Below, piece by piece: positions 20,375 to 30,200 of a DNA stretch of 64,000 bases (its first letter is position 1; every line of letters starts with the position of its first letter). The DNA lies in the NCBI GenBank assembly GCA_049840935.1, contig JASGJA010000014.1:304-64303 (forward strand), given 5' to 3'. The notes under the pieces are model-generated. The model worked only from the letters and a program-made list of their open reading frames with translations, did not search any database and was not told where the DNA came from. Source of the DNA: Mesorhizobium sp. (GTDB taxonomy: Bacteria; Pseudomonadota; Alphaproteobacteria; Rhizobiales; Rhizobiaceae). The position numbers and the translations under genes are program-made.

Positions 20375-21481
20375 ATGCCTTGTCCTGCAGGTTTTCTCCC
20401 TTTCACCTTTGAAGACATTCCCAATTGGCGGCTCGATGATGCATCGGCCGCCTTTCTGGCTTTTCGGCGGTCAGCAGAACATGCCTCCCGCAAACCCTAC
20501 AAAACCGGTGCGCTCGGCATAGCGTTTGATGCCTTTCGCCCGGCCTATGATGAGGCATTGCGCAATCCCGCTTTGGATAGCGCGCTATCGCGTTCGTTCT
20601 TTGAACGCCATTTCGTCCCGGCTCTGGTGCTTTCCGAAAACGGCGAACCCACGGGTCTGGTCACTGGCTTTTACGAGCCGGAGGTCGAGGCCTCACCAAT
20701 CCGTACCGGACATTTCAAAGTGCCGCTGTTGTCGCGTCCTCCCGATCTTGTCGACGTAGACGATTTAAATCGTCCTTCCGGTATGGACAGCTATCTGGCT
20801 TTTGCACGGAAAATTGGTGCTGACCTCGTCGAATATTACGACCGCCCCGCCATCGACCAAGGTGCGCTTTCCGGCCAAGGGCTCGAAATCGCCTGGCTGG
20901 CCGATCCTGTTGATGCCTATTTCGTGCATGTGCAGGGCGCGGCGCGTTTGCTCATGCCGGGCGGTGAAGTTCGGCGCGTTACCTATGCTGCGAAATCTGG
21001 CCAACGCTTTACAGGTGCCGGCAAGGTTCTGGTTGAGCTTGGGGAAATTCCGCTGGCGGATGTAACCATGCAATCCATCCGGGCATGGTTTAAAATCAAT
21101 CCGCATCGCGTGAACGAAATTCTCTGGCGCAACCGATCCTATATTTTCTTCCGAGATGCTCCTGTCGATAATCCGGAACTCGGTCCCGTCGCTGCCGCCA
21201 AGGTTCCTTTGACGCCGGGGCGGTCCGTCGCGGTGGATCGTCTCCTGCATACGTTCGGAACGCCCTTCTTCATCGAAGCCCCAAGCCTCACCGCCTTTGA
21301 CGGCAAGCCTTTCGCGCGCTTGATGATTGCGCAGGATACCGGCTCCGCCATCGTGGGGCCTGCACGTGGCGATCTGTTTGCCGGCTCCGGTTTTGCCGCC
21401 GGAGAGATTGCTGGCGTCGTGCGAAATCAGGCAAAATTCTACGCCTTGCTGCCGCGCTCACTGGTCGGAGGCTCGCAATGA
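20375..21481 (+). CDS. mltA: Membrane-bound lytic murein transglycosylase A
   Basis: MltA and 3D domain motifs (TGFYEPE…, VHVQGAARL, DTGSAIVGPARGDLF). Confidence 0.85.
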   Translation: MPCPAGFLPFTFEDIPNWRLDDASAAFLAFRRSAEHASRKPYKTGALGIAFDAFRPAYDEALRNPALDSALSRSFFERHFVPALVLSENGEPTGLVTGFYEPEVEASPIRTGHFKVPLLSRPPDLVDVDDLNRPSGMDSYLAFARKIGADLVEYYDRPAIDQGALSGQGLEIAWLADPVDAYFVHVQGAARLLMPGGEVRRVTYAAKSGQRFTGAGKVLVELGEIPLADVTMQSIRAWFKINPHRVNEILWRNRSYIFFRDAPVDNPELGPVAAAKVPLTPGRSVAVDRLLHTFGTPFFIEAPSLTAFDGKPFARLMIAQDTGSAIVGPARGDLFAGSGFAAGEIAGVVRNQAKFYALLPRSLVGGSQ

Positions 21482-22035
21482 GCCGAAACCGCTCCAAAGA
21501 CCTTACCGAGGAAGATCGGATTCTTTGGGATTTGGTGGCGCGATCCGTAACGCCCGCAACCACGCCGAAACGCTCGCCAAAGTCGGAATTAGCTCAGGAA
21601 GCACTGGAAAAGAAGCCAGCCGCACCTCCAAAACCGGAGCGCGCCAAGCCGGTCAATCTGCCGAGCTATCAGGCACCTTCCGTCGCTCCGCATACACCTC
21701 GCGGTCATATGGATGCGCAGACCATCGACAAGCTCGCGCGAGGTCGTTTGGCGCTTGAGGCGCGTGTTGATCTTCATGGAATGCGACAAGACGAAGCCTA
21801 TGGCCTGTTGCTCTCATTCGTGGCCCGCGCCCATGACCGTGGTGTCCGCTATGTGCTTGTCATCACCGGAAAAGGCTCGTCTTCGGGTGGCGACGGTGTA
21901 TTGAAACGATCCGTTCCGGGCTGGCTGTCGACCGCTCCGTTCCGGCAATATGTTTCGGCCCATGAAGGTGCTGCTCGTGGCCACGGCGGAACGGGTGCGC
22001 TTTATGTTCGGCTCAAGAGGGTGCGTGCCCCATGA
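21478..22035 (+). CDS. Smr/MutS2-type small nuclease-domain protein
   Basis: C-terminal Smr domain (RVDLHGMRQDEAYGLLLSFV…VLVITGKG). Overlaps the mltA stop. Confidence 0.8.
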   Translation: MSRNRSKDLTEEDRILWDLVARSVTPATTPKRSPKSELAQEALEKKPAAPPKPERAKPVNLPSYQAPSVAPHTPRGHMDAQTIDKLARGRLALEARVDLHGMRQDEAYGLLLSFVARAHDRGVRYVLVITGKGSSSGGDGVLKRSVPGWLSTAPFRQYVSAHEGAARGHGGTGALYVRLKRVRAP

Positions 22036-22406
22036 CCCCGTTCGGCGTTCGATTGCGCGAACTTCGCGAAAAGAAAGGCGTCTCACAAAAAGAGATGGCT
22101 GCGGCCATTGGCGTTTCCGCCGCCTATCTCTCCGCGCTCGAGCATGGCCGGCGTGGAACGCCAAGCTGGCCGATGCTTCAAAAGATTCTCGGATACTTCA
22201 ATGTGATCTGGGATGAGGCGGAAGAATTGAGTCGTCTCGCCAACGCATCCGACCCTCGCGTGATCGTCGATACGTCCGGTCTATCACCTCAAGCTACGGA
22301 GTTTGCGAACCTCGTCGCGGAGCGGATTCGGGTACTTGATACGGCGAAACTGACCGACTTTATCGCGCAACTTCGGAATTATACGGCCGTAAAAACCGAA
22401 AAATGA
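22032..22406 (+). CDS. XRE-family helix-turn-helix transcriptional regulator
   Basis: LRELREKKGVSQKEMAAAIGVSAAYLSALEHGRRG. Overlaps the smr stop. Confidence 0.75.
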   Translation: MTPFGVRLRELREKKGVSQKEMAAAIGVSAAYLSALEHGRRGTPSWPMLQKILGYFNVIWDEAEELSRLANASDPRVIVDTSGLSPQATEFANLVAERIRVLDTAKLTDFIAQLRNYTAVKTEK

Positions 22407-22437
22407 CCGATTTTGCGCTAGGAAATGGCATCTATTC

Positions 22438-23400
22438 TCAGAAAAGTGAGCGCAATTCGGGCAATTTCTCGTTCACAAGCCACCCATAGTAGTTCTCTTC
22501 GGGCAATTTTTCGGGCTCACCAGCCGCCTTGCGCTTCTCATTTTCGTTACGCAAAGCCGCCGCCCTCGCCTCAGGATTTCCGAGATTATAGAGCGTAGCC
22601 GTTATCCCCGGATTCTGCGAAATGTCGAAGTCCGCAATCGAGCGATATGCATCGATTGATTTCTTCAAGGTCGCCGCCACGTAAGGTATTGATTTATCTG
22701 GGTCCATGATCGTTTCATAGACCCCATTCGGGTCTGCAGCATCGAGCTTTGGAAAGCCGGAAACGCGGCTTACAAGATCACTCATTTGAAGCGCGGTAAG
22801 CGGGTTTAACTGGCCAAGCCCAAATGTCTGTCCAGCGTAAAATGGCTGGAAGAACACAGCGCTGAACCTGTTGTTGGGATAGCTTCGCCCATCGACAGTC
22901 TGCCCGCGAAACGCGCGATTCCAAACCTGCTCTCGGCAAGTCCAAAGTGAATAACTATCTGATTTGTTTGCACAAGTTGAAAACTGCGGACGTTGGACGA
23001 AGTCGTCTACGTCCTCGCCCTTGTATGCAAATTCGAGGCTGTTACTGAGATATGCGATTGCCTTGACATAGTAGGTCTGAAGTCGGTCATAGGCATCGAC
23101 ATTGTAAGTGTGCTCGCCAACGATTGCTCCGACTATATGCATCGGGTCGATACCATAGGCCGCCGCCGCTTGCTTGATCTTGGACCGCAGCTTGGCGTCA
23201 TTGGCTAAGAGGTTGTAAACCTTCTGATATTTCCCCTCGAAACTGCCTTTTGAAGCCTTGGTGCGCTTGATTGAAGCGCCCGGAACCGCTGGCTGTTCCT
23301 CGTTGCGATTGCCCGGCGGCACCACCGTCAATGCATATGCCAATGGCGCTTGCGCGAGTGTAAAGGCCGCAAGCAGCCCTGCAAGAAGGGTTCGTTTCAT
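22438..23400 (-). CDS. Secreted hypothetical protein (DUF1402-like, Rhizobiales-restricted family by recollection)
   Basis: Clear signal peptide (MKRTLLAGLLAAFTLAQAPLAYA). About 300 aa with no recognisable catalytic motif. Confidence 0.5.
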   Translation of the reverse strand: MKRTLLAGLLAAFTLAQAPLAYALTVVPPGNRNEEQPAVPGASIKRTKASKGSFEGKYQKVYNLLANDAKLRSKIKQAAAAYGIDPMHIVGAIVGEHTYNVDAYDRLQTYYVKAIAYLSNSLEFAYKGEDVDDFVQRPQFSTCANKSDSYSLWTCREQVWNRAFRGQTVDGRSYPNNRFSAVFFQPFYAGQTFGLGQLNPLTALQMSDLVSRVSGFPKLDAADPNGVYETIMDPDKSIPYVAATLKKSIDAYRSIADFDISQNPGITATLYNLGNPEARAAALRNENEKRKAAGEPEKLPEENYYGWLVNEKLPELRSLF

Positions 23401-23487
23401 AGGTTGTAAGTGCTCCGGAAGCCCGGAACCTAACCGGGAAGGCGGCGAAAGTCACCTCTCGCCACCCATAATGATTTTGGGTCGATT

Positions 23488-24795
23488 CTAGAGAATAAAC
23501 CGCGAGAGATCGGTATTCTTTGCAAGCGAGCCGACATGCTTGTTCACGTAATCCGCGTCGATGGTCACGCTCGTTCCCGAGCGGTCCGGCGCATCATACG
23601 AAATGTCATCCAGCACCCGTTCCATCACCGTTTGCAAACGCCGTGCGCCGATGTTTTCGACGGATGCGTTAAGGTCAACGGCAATGCCAGCGAGGGAGTC
23701 GATGGCATCTTCTGTAAAGTCGAGCGTAACGCCCTCCGTCTGCATCAAAGCGATGTATTGCTTGATGAGGCTGGCCTCGGTTTCGGTCAGAATCCGCCGG
23801 AAATCGTCCTTTTCCAGCGCGCGCAGCTCAACCCGGATGGGCAAGCGACCCTGCAATTCGGGCAGCAGGTCCGATGGTTTCGAAACATGGAATGCACCCG
23901 ATGCAATGAACAAAATGTGGTCGGTTTTCACCGGGCCATACTTGGTCGCAACGGTGGTTCCTTCGACCAGTGGCAGCAGGTCGCGCTGAACGCCTTCACG
24001 CGACGGACCACCCGAAATATCGCTGCGCGCCGCGATCTTGTCTATCTCATCGAGAAATACGATGCCGTCATTTTCCGCAGAAATCAGTGCCTGACGGATA
24101 ACCTCGTCCTGATCCAGTAACTTGTCCGACTCGTCATTTATCAGCACGTCGTAGGATTGCTTGACGGTCGTCTTGATGGTTTTGGATCGCTTGCCGCCCA
24201 TAGCCTTCTGCATCATGTCGGACAGGTTGATCATGCCCACGCCGCCCGGCATTCCTGGAACTTCAAATCCGGGCATACCGCCGGTGCCGGTATCGGCAAT
24301 CTCGACTTCGATTTCCTTGTCGTCCAGTTCGCCGTCGCGCAATTTCTTGCGGAAGGAATCGCGGGTCGCCGGGCTGGCAGTCTTGCCGACCAGCGCTTCC
24401 AGAACGCGTTCCTCGGCATTGATATGCGCGCGCGCCTTCACATCCTCGCGCATTTTTTCGCGCACGAGGCCGATGGAGATTTCCACCAGATCGCGAACGA
24501 TCTGTTCGACATCGCGGCCCACATAACCGACCTCGGTGAACTTCGTGGCCTCGACTTTGACAAACGGTGCGCCCGCCAACTTGGCGAGACGGCGAGAAAT
24601 CTCGGTCTTGCCGACGCCGGTCGGCCCGATCATCAGAATGTTTTTCGGCATGACCTCTTCGCGCATCTGGCCTTCAAGTTGCTGACGCCGCCAGCGATTG
24701 CGCAACGCAATTGCGACGGCGCGCTTCGCGTCTTTTTGGCCGATGATGAAGCGGTCGAGTTCCGAAACAATTTCGCGGGGAGAAAAACTGCTCAT
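23488..24795 (-). CDS. hslU: ATP-dependent protease ATPase subunit HslU
   Basis: [16 protein letters not shown]…[10 protein letters not shown]…, a full-length AAA+ HslU. Confidence 0.97.
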   Translation of the reverse strand: MSSFSPREIVSELDRFIIGQKDAKRAVAIALRNRWRRQQLEGQMREEVMPKNILMIGPTGVGKTEISRRLAKLAGAPFVKVEATKFTEVGYVGRDVEQIVRDLVEISIGLVREKMREDVKARAHINAEERVLEALVGKTASPATRDSFRKKLRDGELDDKEIEVEIADTGTGGMPGFEVPGMPGGVGMINLSDMMQKAMGGKRSKTIKTTVKQSYDVLINDESDKLLDQDEVIRQALISAENDGIVFLDEIDKIAARSDISGGPSREGVQRDLLPLVEGTTVATKYGPVKTDHILFIASGAFHVSKPSDLLPELQGRLPIRVELRALEKDDFRRILTETEASLIKQYIALMQTEGVTLDFTEDAIDSLAGIAVDLNASVENIGARRLQTVMERVLDDISYDAPDRSGTSVTIDADYVNKHVGSLAKNTDLSRFIL

Positions 24796-24849
24796 GGTAT
24801 CCTCAATGAATTCAATGCTCCCGGTCGAGAGCGTGATTGCTATGTGCCT

Positions 24850-25359
24850 TCAGTCCGCGGGCGCATCCAGCGCCATCAACACGGCCTCGCCGTAGATCGT
24901 CGCGATGCGATAAAGCTCGCGAAACCCTGCTTTTTCGTAGGCGCGAATGGCCCGCGCATTGTCCGGATGCGGGTCAATAATGACGCGCGGACAACCTTCT
25001 TCGAAAAGCTGCTCAGCAAACTGGCTGACGATTGCTGAGCCGTGGCCCATGCCGATCAGTTCAGGTTCGCCGATGGAAATATCGAGGCCAAGCGTTCCGA
25101 AGGGCTGATCCTGATAAGGATGGCCTTCTTCAAGATGCGGATCGTAGCATTGCAGATAGGCAATGGGCTTGCCTTTCAACTCCACGATCAATGGCTCGGT
25201 TTCGACCGAATCCATTGCCTCGCGGATTTCCTCGATCGCTTCATCCGCATCGTCCCACCATTCCGCATTATGGGGCTGTGAGAGCCAATCGTGCAGAAGC
25301 GGCAAGTCGTCTGCCTCGACGTCGCGAAAGACGTAGGTCTGCTTTGCGTTATTCGGCAT
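24850..25359 (-). CDS. GNAT-family N-acetyltransferase (aminoglycoside-6'/siderophore-type Acetyltransf_8-like)
   Basis: Starts [26 protein letters not shown]…; contains GMGHGSAIV…[13 protein letters not shown]. The start overlaps the hslV stop by 11 nt. Confidence 0.8.
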   Translation of the reverse strand: MPNNAKQTYVFRDVEADDLPLLHDWLSQPHNAEWWDDADEAIEEIREAMDSVETEPLIVELKGKPIAYLQCYDPHLEEGHPYQDQPFGTLGLDISIGEPELIGMGHGSAIVSQFAEQLFEEGCPRVIIDPHPDNARAIRAYEKAGFRELYRIATIYGEAVLMALDAPAD

Positions 25360-25897
25360 CGAGCGTCTCGACCACGATGTTGTGGTTCGTATAGACGCAG
25401 ATGTCCGCCGCGATCTGCATCGCCTTGCGCGCAATTGCTTCGGCGTCCGTGTCCGTATCCATCAGCGCGCGTGCTGCGGAGAGCGCATAATTTCCGCCCG
25501 ACCCGATGGCCATAACGCCATGTTCAGGCTCCAGCACATCGCCTGTGCCGGTGAGCGCCAAGGTGACGCTTTTGTCTGCCACCAGCATCATGGCTTCCAG
25601 CCGCCGCAAATAGCGGTCAGTGCGCCAGTCTTTGGCAAGCTCGACGCAGGCGCGCGTTAGCTGATCGGGATATTGTTCAAGCTTGGCTTCAAGGCGCTCA
25701 AGCAGCGTGAAGGCGTCAGCGGTTGCACCGGCAAAACCGGCGATAACATTACCCTTGCCGAGGCGGCGCACCTTGCGGGCGTTGCCCTTCATGATGGTCT
25801 GGCCGAGGCTAACCTGCCCATCGCCAGCGATCACGACCTTATTACCCTTGCGCACGGTCACGATTGTCGTGGCGTGCATACTCTGTTCGTTCGACAT
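25349..25897 (-). CDS. hslV: ATP-dependent protease subunit HslV
   Basis: TTIVTVRKG…GDGQVS…[11 protein letters not shown], an N-terminal Thr protease. Confidence 0.97.
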   Translation of the reverse strand: MSNEQSMHATTIVTVRKGNKVVIAGDGQVSLGQTIMKGNARKVRRLGKGNVIAGFAGATADAFTLLERLEAKLEQYPDQLTRACVELAKDWRTDRYLRRLEAMMLVADKSVTLALTGTGDVLEPEHGVMAIGSGGNYALSAARALMDTDTDAEAIARKAMQIAADICVYTNHNIVVETLDAE

Positions 25898-26001
25898 ACG
25901 CTTCTCCGATGGCGCGCGGCCCTGAAAAGCAGCCGCGCGGTACGAGTTGATGCAGCGTTATGTAGGCTGCGGCGGCGCGAATGCAAACCGCCAATCGAGG
26001 A

Positions 26002-26949
26002 TCACCCCAAAGGCTTCAGATTGGCCTCGATTTCCTTGCGGCGAGGCTCCAGAAATGGAGGCAACGCAAGGCTTTCGCCAAGGCTCGCCAGTGGTTCGTC
26101 TACCGCAAAGCCCGGCCCATCGGTGGCGATTTCGAACAGATTGCCGCCCGGTTCACGAAAATAGAGCGAGCGGAAATAATAGCGTTCGACCTCGCCGGAG
26201 TTGGGAATGCGCAGCTCCTTCAGCCGGTTTGCCCATTCATTGATGGCTTTTACGTCGGGCGTGCGGAACGCAACATGATGAACTCCGCCAGCACCCTGTC
26301 GAGCGACTGGGAGGTCTGGCTGAACGGCTACATGAAGCTCCGATGCTGGGCCTTCGCCGCCCATTTTGTAGACGTGCACGACGCCGCTGCCGTCGGGCGA
26401 TGGGTACTCCCGTACCTGTTTCATGCCGAGGACATGGGTAAGCACGAGGTCGGTAGCGTGTTTGTCCGGCACGGAAATGGTCACAGGGCCAAGACCCTTG
26501 ATCTGGTTCAGGGCTGGAACGTCGGTGCCAGACCACGGATGCGTCGGTGCGCCCGCGCCATCGTCAACCAAACGAAAACGCTGACCTTCCGGGTCCTCGA
26601 AGTTCAAGGCGGCACGGCCATCGATCTCCGAAACGTCAGACGTCTTGACGCCTGCCGCCGAGAGCCGATCCCGCCAATAGTTCAACGTCTGCTGTCCTGC
26701 TACGCGCAAACCGGTCAGGCTGATGGAGTGCGTACCGCGCTTTTCGCGACCCACGGGCCAATCGAAGAAAGTGATGTCGGTACCCGGTGTGGCGACCGCA
26801 TCGGCATAAAAGAGATGGTATGCGCTCGTATCGTCCTGATTCACGGTTTTCTTCACAAGGCGCAGGCCCAGTGTTTCTGTATAAAAGCGCTTGTTGCCGG
26901 GTGCATCCGCAGTAATTGCGGTGAGGTGATGGAGGCCTTCGAGTTGCAT
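26002..26949 (-). CDS. VOC-family ring-cleaving dioxygenase / glyoxalase-like protein
   Basis: MQLEGLHHLTAITADAPGNKRFYTETLGLRLVKKTVNQDD… with a duplicated VOC module (…GVHHVAFR…). ATG at 26949 follows AGGAGA. Confidence 0.8.
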   Translation of the reverse strand: MQLEGLHHLTAITADAPGNKRFYTETLGLRLVKKTVNQDDTSAYHLFYADAVATPGTDITFFDWPVGREKRGTHSISLTGLRVAGQQTLNYWRDRLSAAGVKTSDVSEIDGRAALNFEDPEGQRFRLVDDGAGAPTHPWSGTDVPALNQIKGLGPVTISVPDKHATDLVLTHVLGMKQVREYPSPDGSGVVHVYKMGGEGPASELHVAVQPDLPVARQGAGGVHHVAFRTPDVKAINEWANRLKELRIPNSGEVERYYFRSLYFREPGGNLFEIATDGPGFAVDEPLASLGESLALPPFLEPRRKEIEANLKPLG

Positions 26950-27259
26950 GGGGCGTTCTCCTGCTAAATTGCTTTTAACGCATATTGGCCCATCGGACCC
27001 CGAGTAAAAGCGGCCTTTGGGAAACAGTTTGTCGCGCAATAGCGAACGGCACATGAGTTATTTGATTCTCTCCGCCCTCAGAATCTACTGCTAATGGCGT
27101 AGAACTTCGCGATCTATGACGTAGAACAGACTACGCCTTACGCTGTGGGATTATTCGTACTCCTATCCACCAATGAGGCCACGCCCCGTCTGATTTGCCA
27201 TCGTTTGTCTGGCCTGCCTTTGCGTCATTGTGCAGTCTGGCAAAGGTAAGGGGCGGACT

Positions 27260-30200
27260 ATGCAGAAGATTGGCAAGCGCCAACTCATCAACAAACGTGC
27301 GGCCGAAAAAGGCGACAAGGCGGATAAGGTTTTCCGTTATGCCGGGCAGCAGGGCGATGTAACGCAGCAAGACGGTGTTCAAGCCGGCATCTGGACTGTG
27401 GCGCAAACGACAACTTCACAGGCAGAGGCGAAAACCACTGTTGTAACGACGTCGGGTCAACAGGCCGTTCGAACCTTCACGGTAGATGCCGCGACCTTCA
27501 ATACTGTAGAGAGCCCCTCTGCCACGACCGAGAGTTCATCATCCAGTGATTCGGGTGGTTCCTCTACGCTGGATCTCGGCAGTGCCTTCAGCGCATTGTC
27601 CTCAACTGATACGTCAACGGCAGACACTTTTTCGACCTCTGCCAGTGCAACGATTACCGCACGCACCACTTCGGTGAACACCCTTTCATCGACAAGTACT
27701 ACGTCGAGCACCCCCGGCGTGACCGCGCTTGCGGCTACAGGGCCGAACAAGATCGTTCTGGAAAACCAGAAGCAGGGAAATCCCCAAAGCGAATGGGGCA
27801 TCACCGGTGACGGCGACCCAAGCATTCAGGGATTTGCGACCCAGATCAGCACGAATGTCGGCGGAACGGTCGATTTCAAGATCGCCACGGATTCGACAGA
27901 CTACCGTATCGAGATTTATCGTCTCGGCTATTATGGTGGTGATGGCGCACGTAAGGTTGCGACGATCGATAAGAACTTGACCACCGCACAGGTTCAGCCG
28001 CACCCGATCGTCGATTACACAACAGGCTTGATCGATTGCTCTAACTGGTCTGTATCCGCAAGCTGGCAGATCCCCGAAGATGCGACCTCCGGTGTGTATA
28101 TCGCCAAGCTCGTTCGCGAAGACGGTACCGGAGGTGCAAGCCAGATTCCATTTATCGTTCGCGACGACGCTTCAACGAGCGATATCGTTTTCCAAACCTC
28201 GGATACGACTTGGCAGGCTTATAATGCTTGGGGCGGCGCGAGCCTCTATACTGGCGACATTCCTGTTGATCCCAATGATATGATTGGCTGGGTACCGCCA
28301 AACTGCCATTGCTCGCTCTACGCGATCGGTAAGGCGACAGCGGTTAGCTACAATCGCCCGTTCATTACACAGACCAGCCCCGTGGGCGGAACGTGGGATT
28401 ATATTTTTGGGCCTGAGTTTGCTGCAATCCAGTGGCTTGAGCAAAATGGGTATGATGTCTCGTACATCTCTGGCGTCAATTCCACCCGCAATGGCGCTCA
28501 GTTGCTAAATCACGATGCGTTCTTGTCTGTGGGCCACGATGAATATTGGTCGGCTGAACAGCGCGCGAACGTCGAGAACGCGCGCGATTCTGGTGTGAAC
28601 CTTGCGTTCTGGAGCGGCAACGAGGTGTATTGGAAGGTCCGTTGGGAAACGGATGCCTCCGGTAACGCCTATCGTACGATGGTTTGCTATAAGGAAACCT
28701 GGGGGCTTGGAGACGATCCGAGTGGCGTTTCGACCGGTACCTGGCGCGACCCGCGTTATGCCGATCCAGGTCAGGAGCCTGAAAACTCACTTACTGGACA
28801 GTTGTTCACGGTCGATAGCTATCGGTCGGACACGATTACGATCCCTTATGAGATGTCCAATTTCCGGTTCTGGCGCGATACGTCGGTTGCTGATCTTCAG
28901 CCTGGGCAGACATATTCTCTTGTCCAAAATCTGCTGGGCTATGAGTGGGATTCCGATGTTGAGAACGGCTACCGCCCCGCGGGCATGATCAATATGTCCC
29001 TGTCGACCGTTTCGGTCAATTCGTACCTGCGCGATTACGGTACGCAGATTGGGACCAATACCGTTCAGCACAGCCTTACCATGTATCGTGCCGAAAGCGG
29101 TGCGCTGGTGTTCGGTGCGGGCACCGTTTTCTGGAGCTGGGGCCTAAACGACGACCACGCTGGCGTTCCGACGCCGACCGATCCGAATGTGCAGCAGGCA
29201 ATGGTCAATATGTTTGCGGATATGGGCATCCAGCCCATGACGCTTCAAGCCAGCCTTACCCTTGCGACGCAAAGCACTGATTTCATCAAGCCGACCTCCA
29301 CAATTACCTCGCCGATCATTGGCGCAAGCTTTGTTGAGGGACAGAAAGTTACGATTACGGGCACTGCATCCGACACAGGTGGCGGCATAGTTGCGGGCGT
29401 TGAAGTTTCGCTCGACGGCGGCCATAGCTGGTGGAAAGCGACTGGGCGTGAAAACTGGACCTACAACTGGGTTGTGCAGGCCAGTGGCAACTACACGATC
29501 ATGTCGCGTGCCGCGGACGACAGCCTCAATCTCGAAACGCCTTCTGCTGGCAAGACAGTTACAGTAACGCTTCCAACCACATCAAGCCTATGGACACTTG
29601 CGGCAACGCCTCAGCAAGAAACCGTGCTTGACAAGGATAGCGTCGAACTTGGTGTGAAGTTCAAATCAAGCACGAGTGGTGAAGTCACCGGTATTCGTTT
29701 CTTCAAGGGCTTCTACAATATTGGCGAGCACACGGTCAGCCTATGGACCGCTGATGGGCAGTTGCTTGCGCGTGGTGTTTCGACGGGTGAGTCGCTTGAC
29801 GGCTGGCAGCAGGTAACGTTCAGCTCGCCGGTAACTATTGCTGCAAACACCAGCTATATCGCTTCATACCATACCAATGGTTATTATTCGGCGAGCAATG
29901 GGACTTTCACGAGCGGTTATTCCAACGGTCCGCTTTCCGTTGAAGCGAACGGTGCGGTATATGTGTATGGAAATTCACCAACGTTCCCAACCCTTTCACC
30001 GTTCGCTCAGTTTACTGGCGACAATTACTGGGTTGACGTTGTGTTCAAGCCGAACACGACGAATACTGCGCCGGTAGCGAACAACGATAGCGGCTATAGC
30101 ACTACACAAGGCAATGCGCTGACGCTTGCGTTTGCTGCACTTACCGCGAACGACACTGATGCAAATGGCGATGCACTCAGCATTACCGGCGTATCGGATG

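Noticed and set aside
24157-25038. 293-aa plus-strand ORF overlapping hslU and the GNAT gene
   Set aside because: It is antisense to two well-supported genes. Its composition is Arg/Ala/Gly/Asp-rich, with no start context or motifs.
25981-26967. 328-aa plus-strand ORF opposite the VOC dioxygenase gene
   Set aside because: It is a shadow ORF. The minus-strand product has clear duplicated VOC motifs and a good Shine-Dalgarno sequence, and the plus-strand translation has neither.
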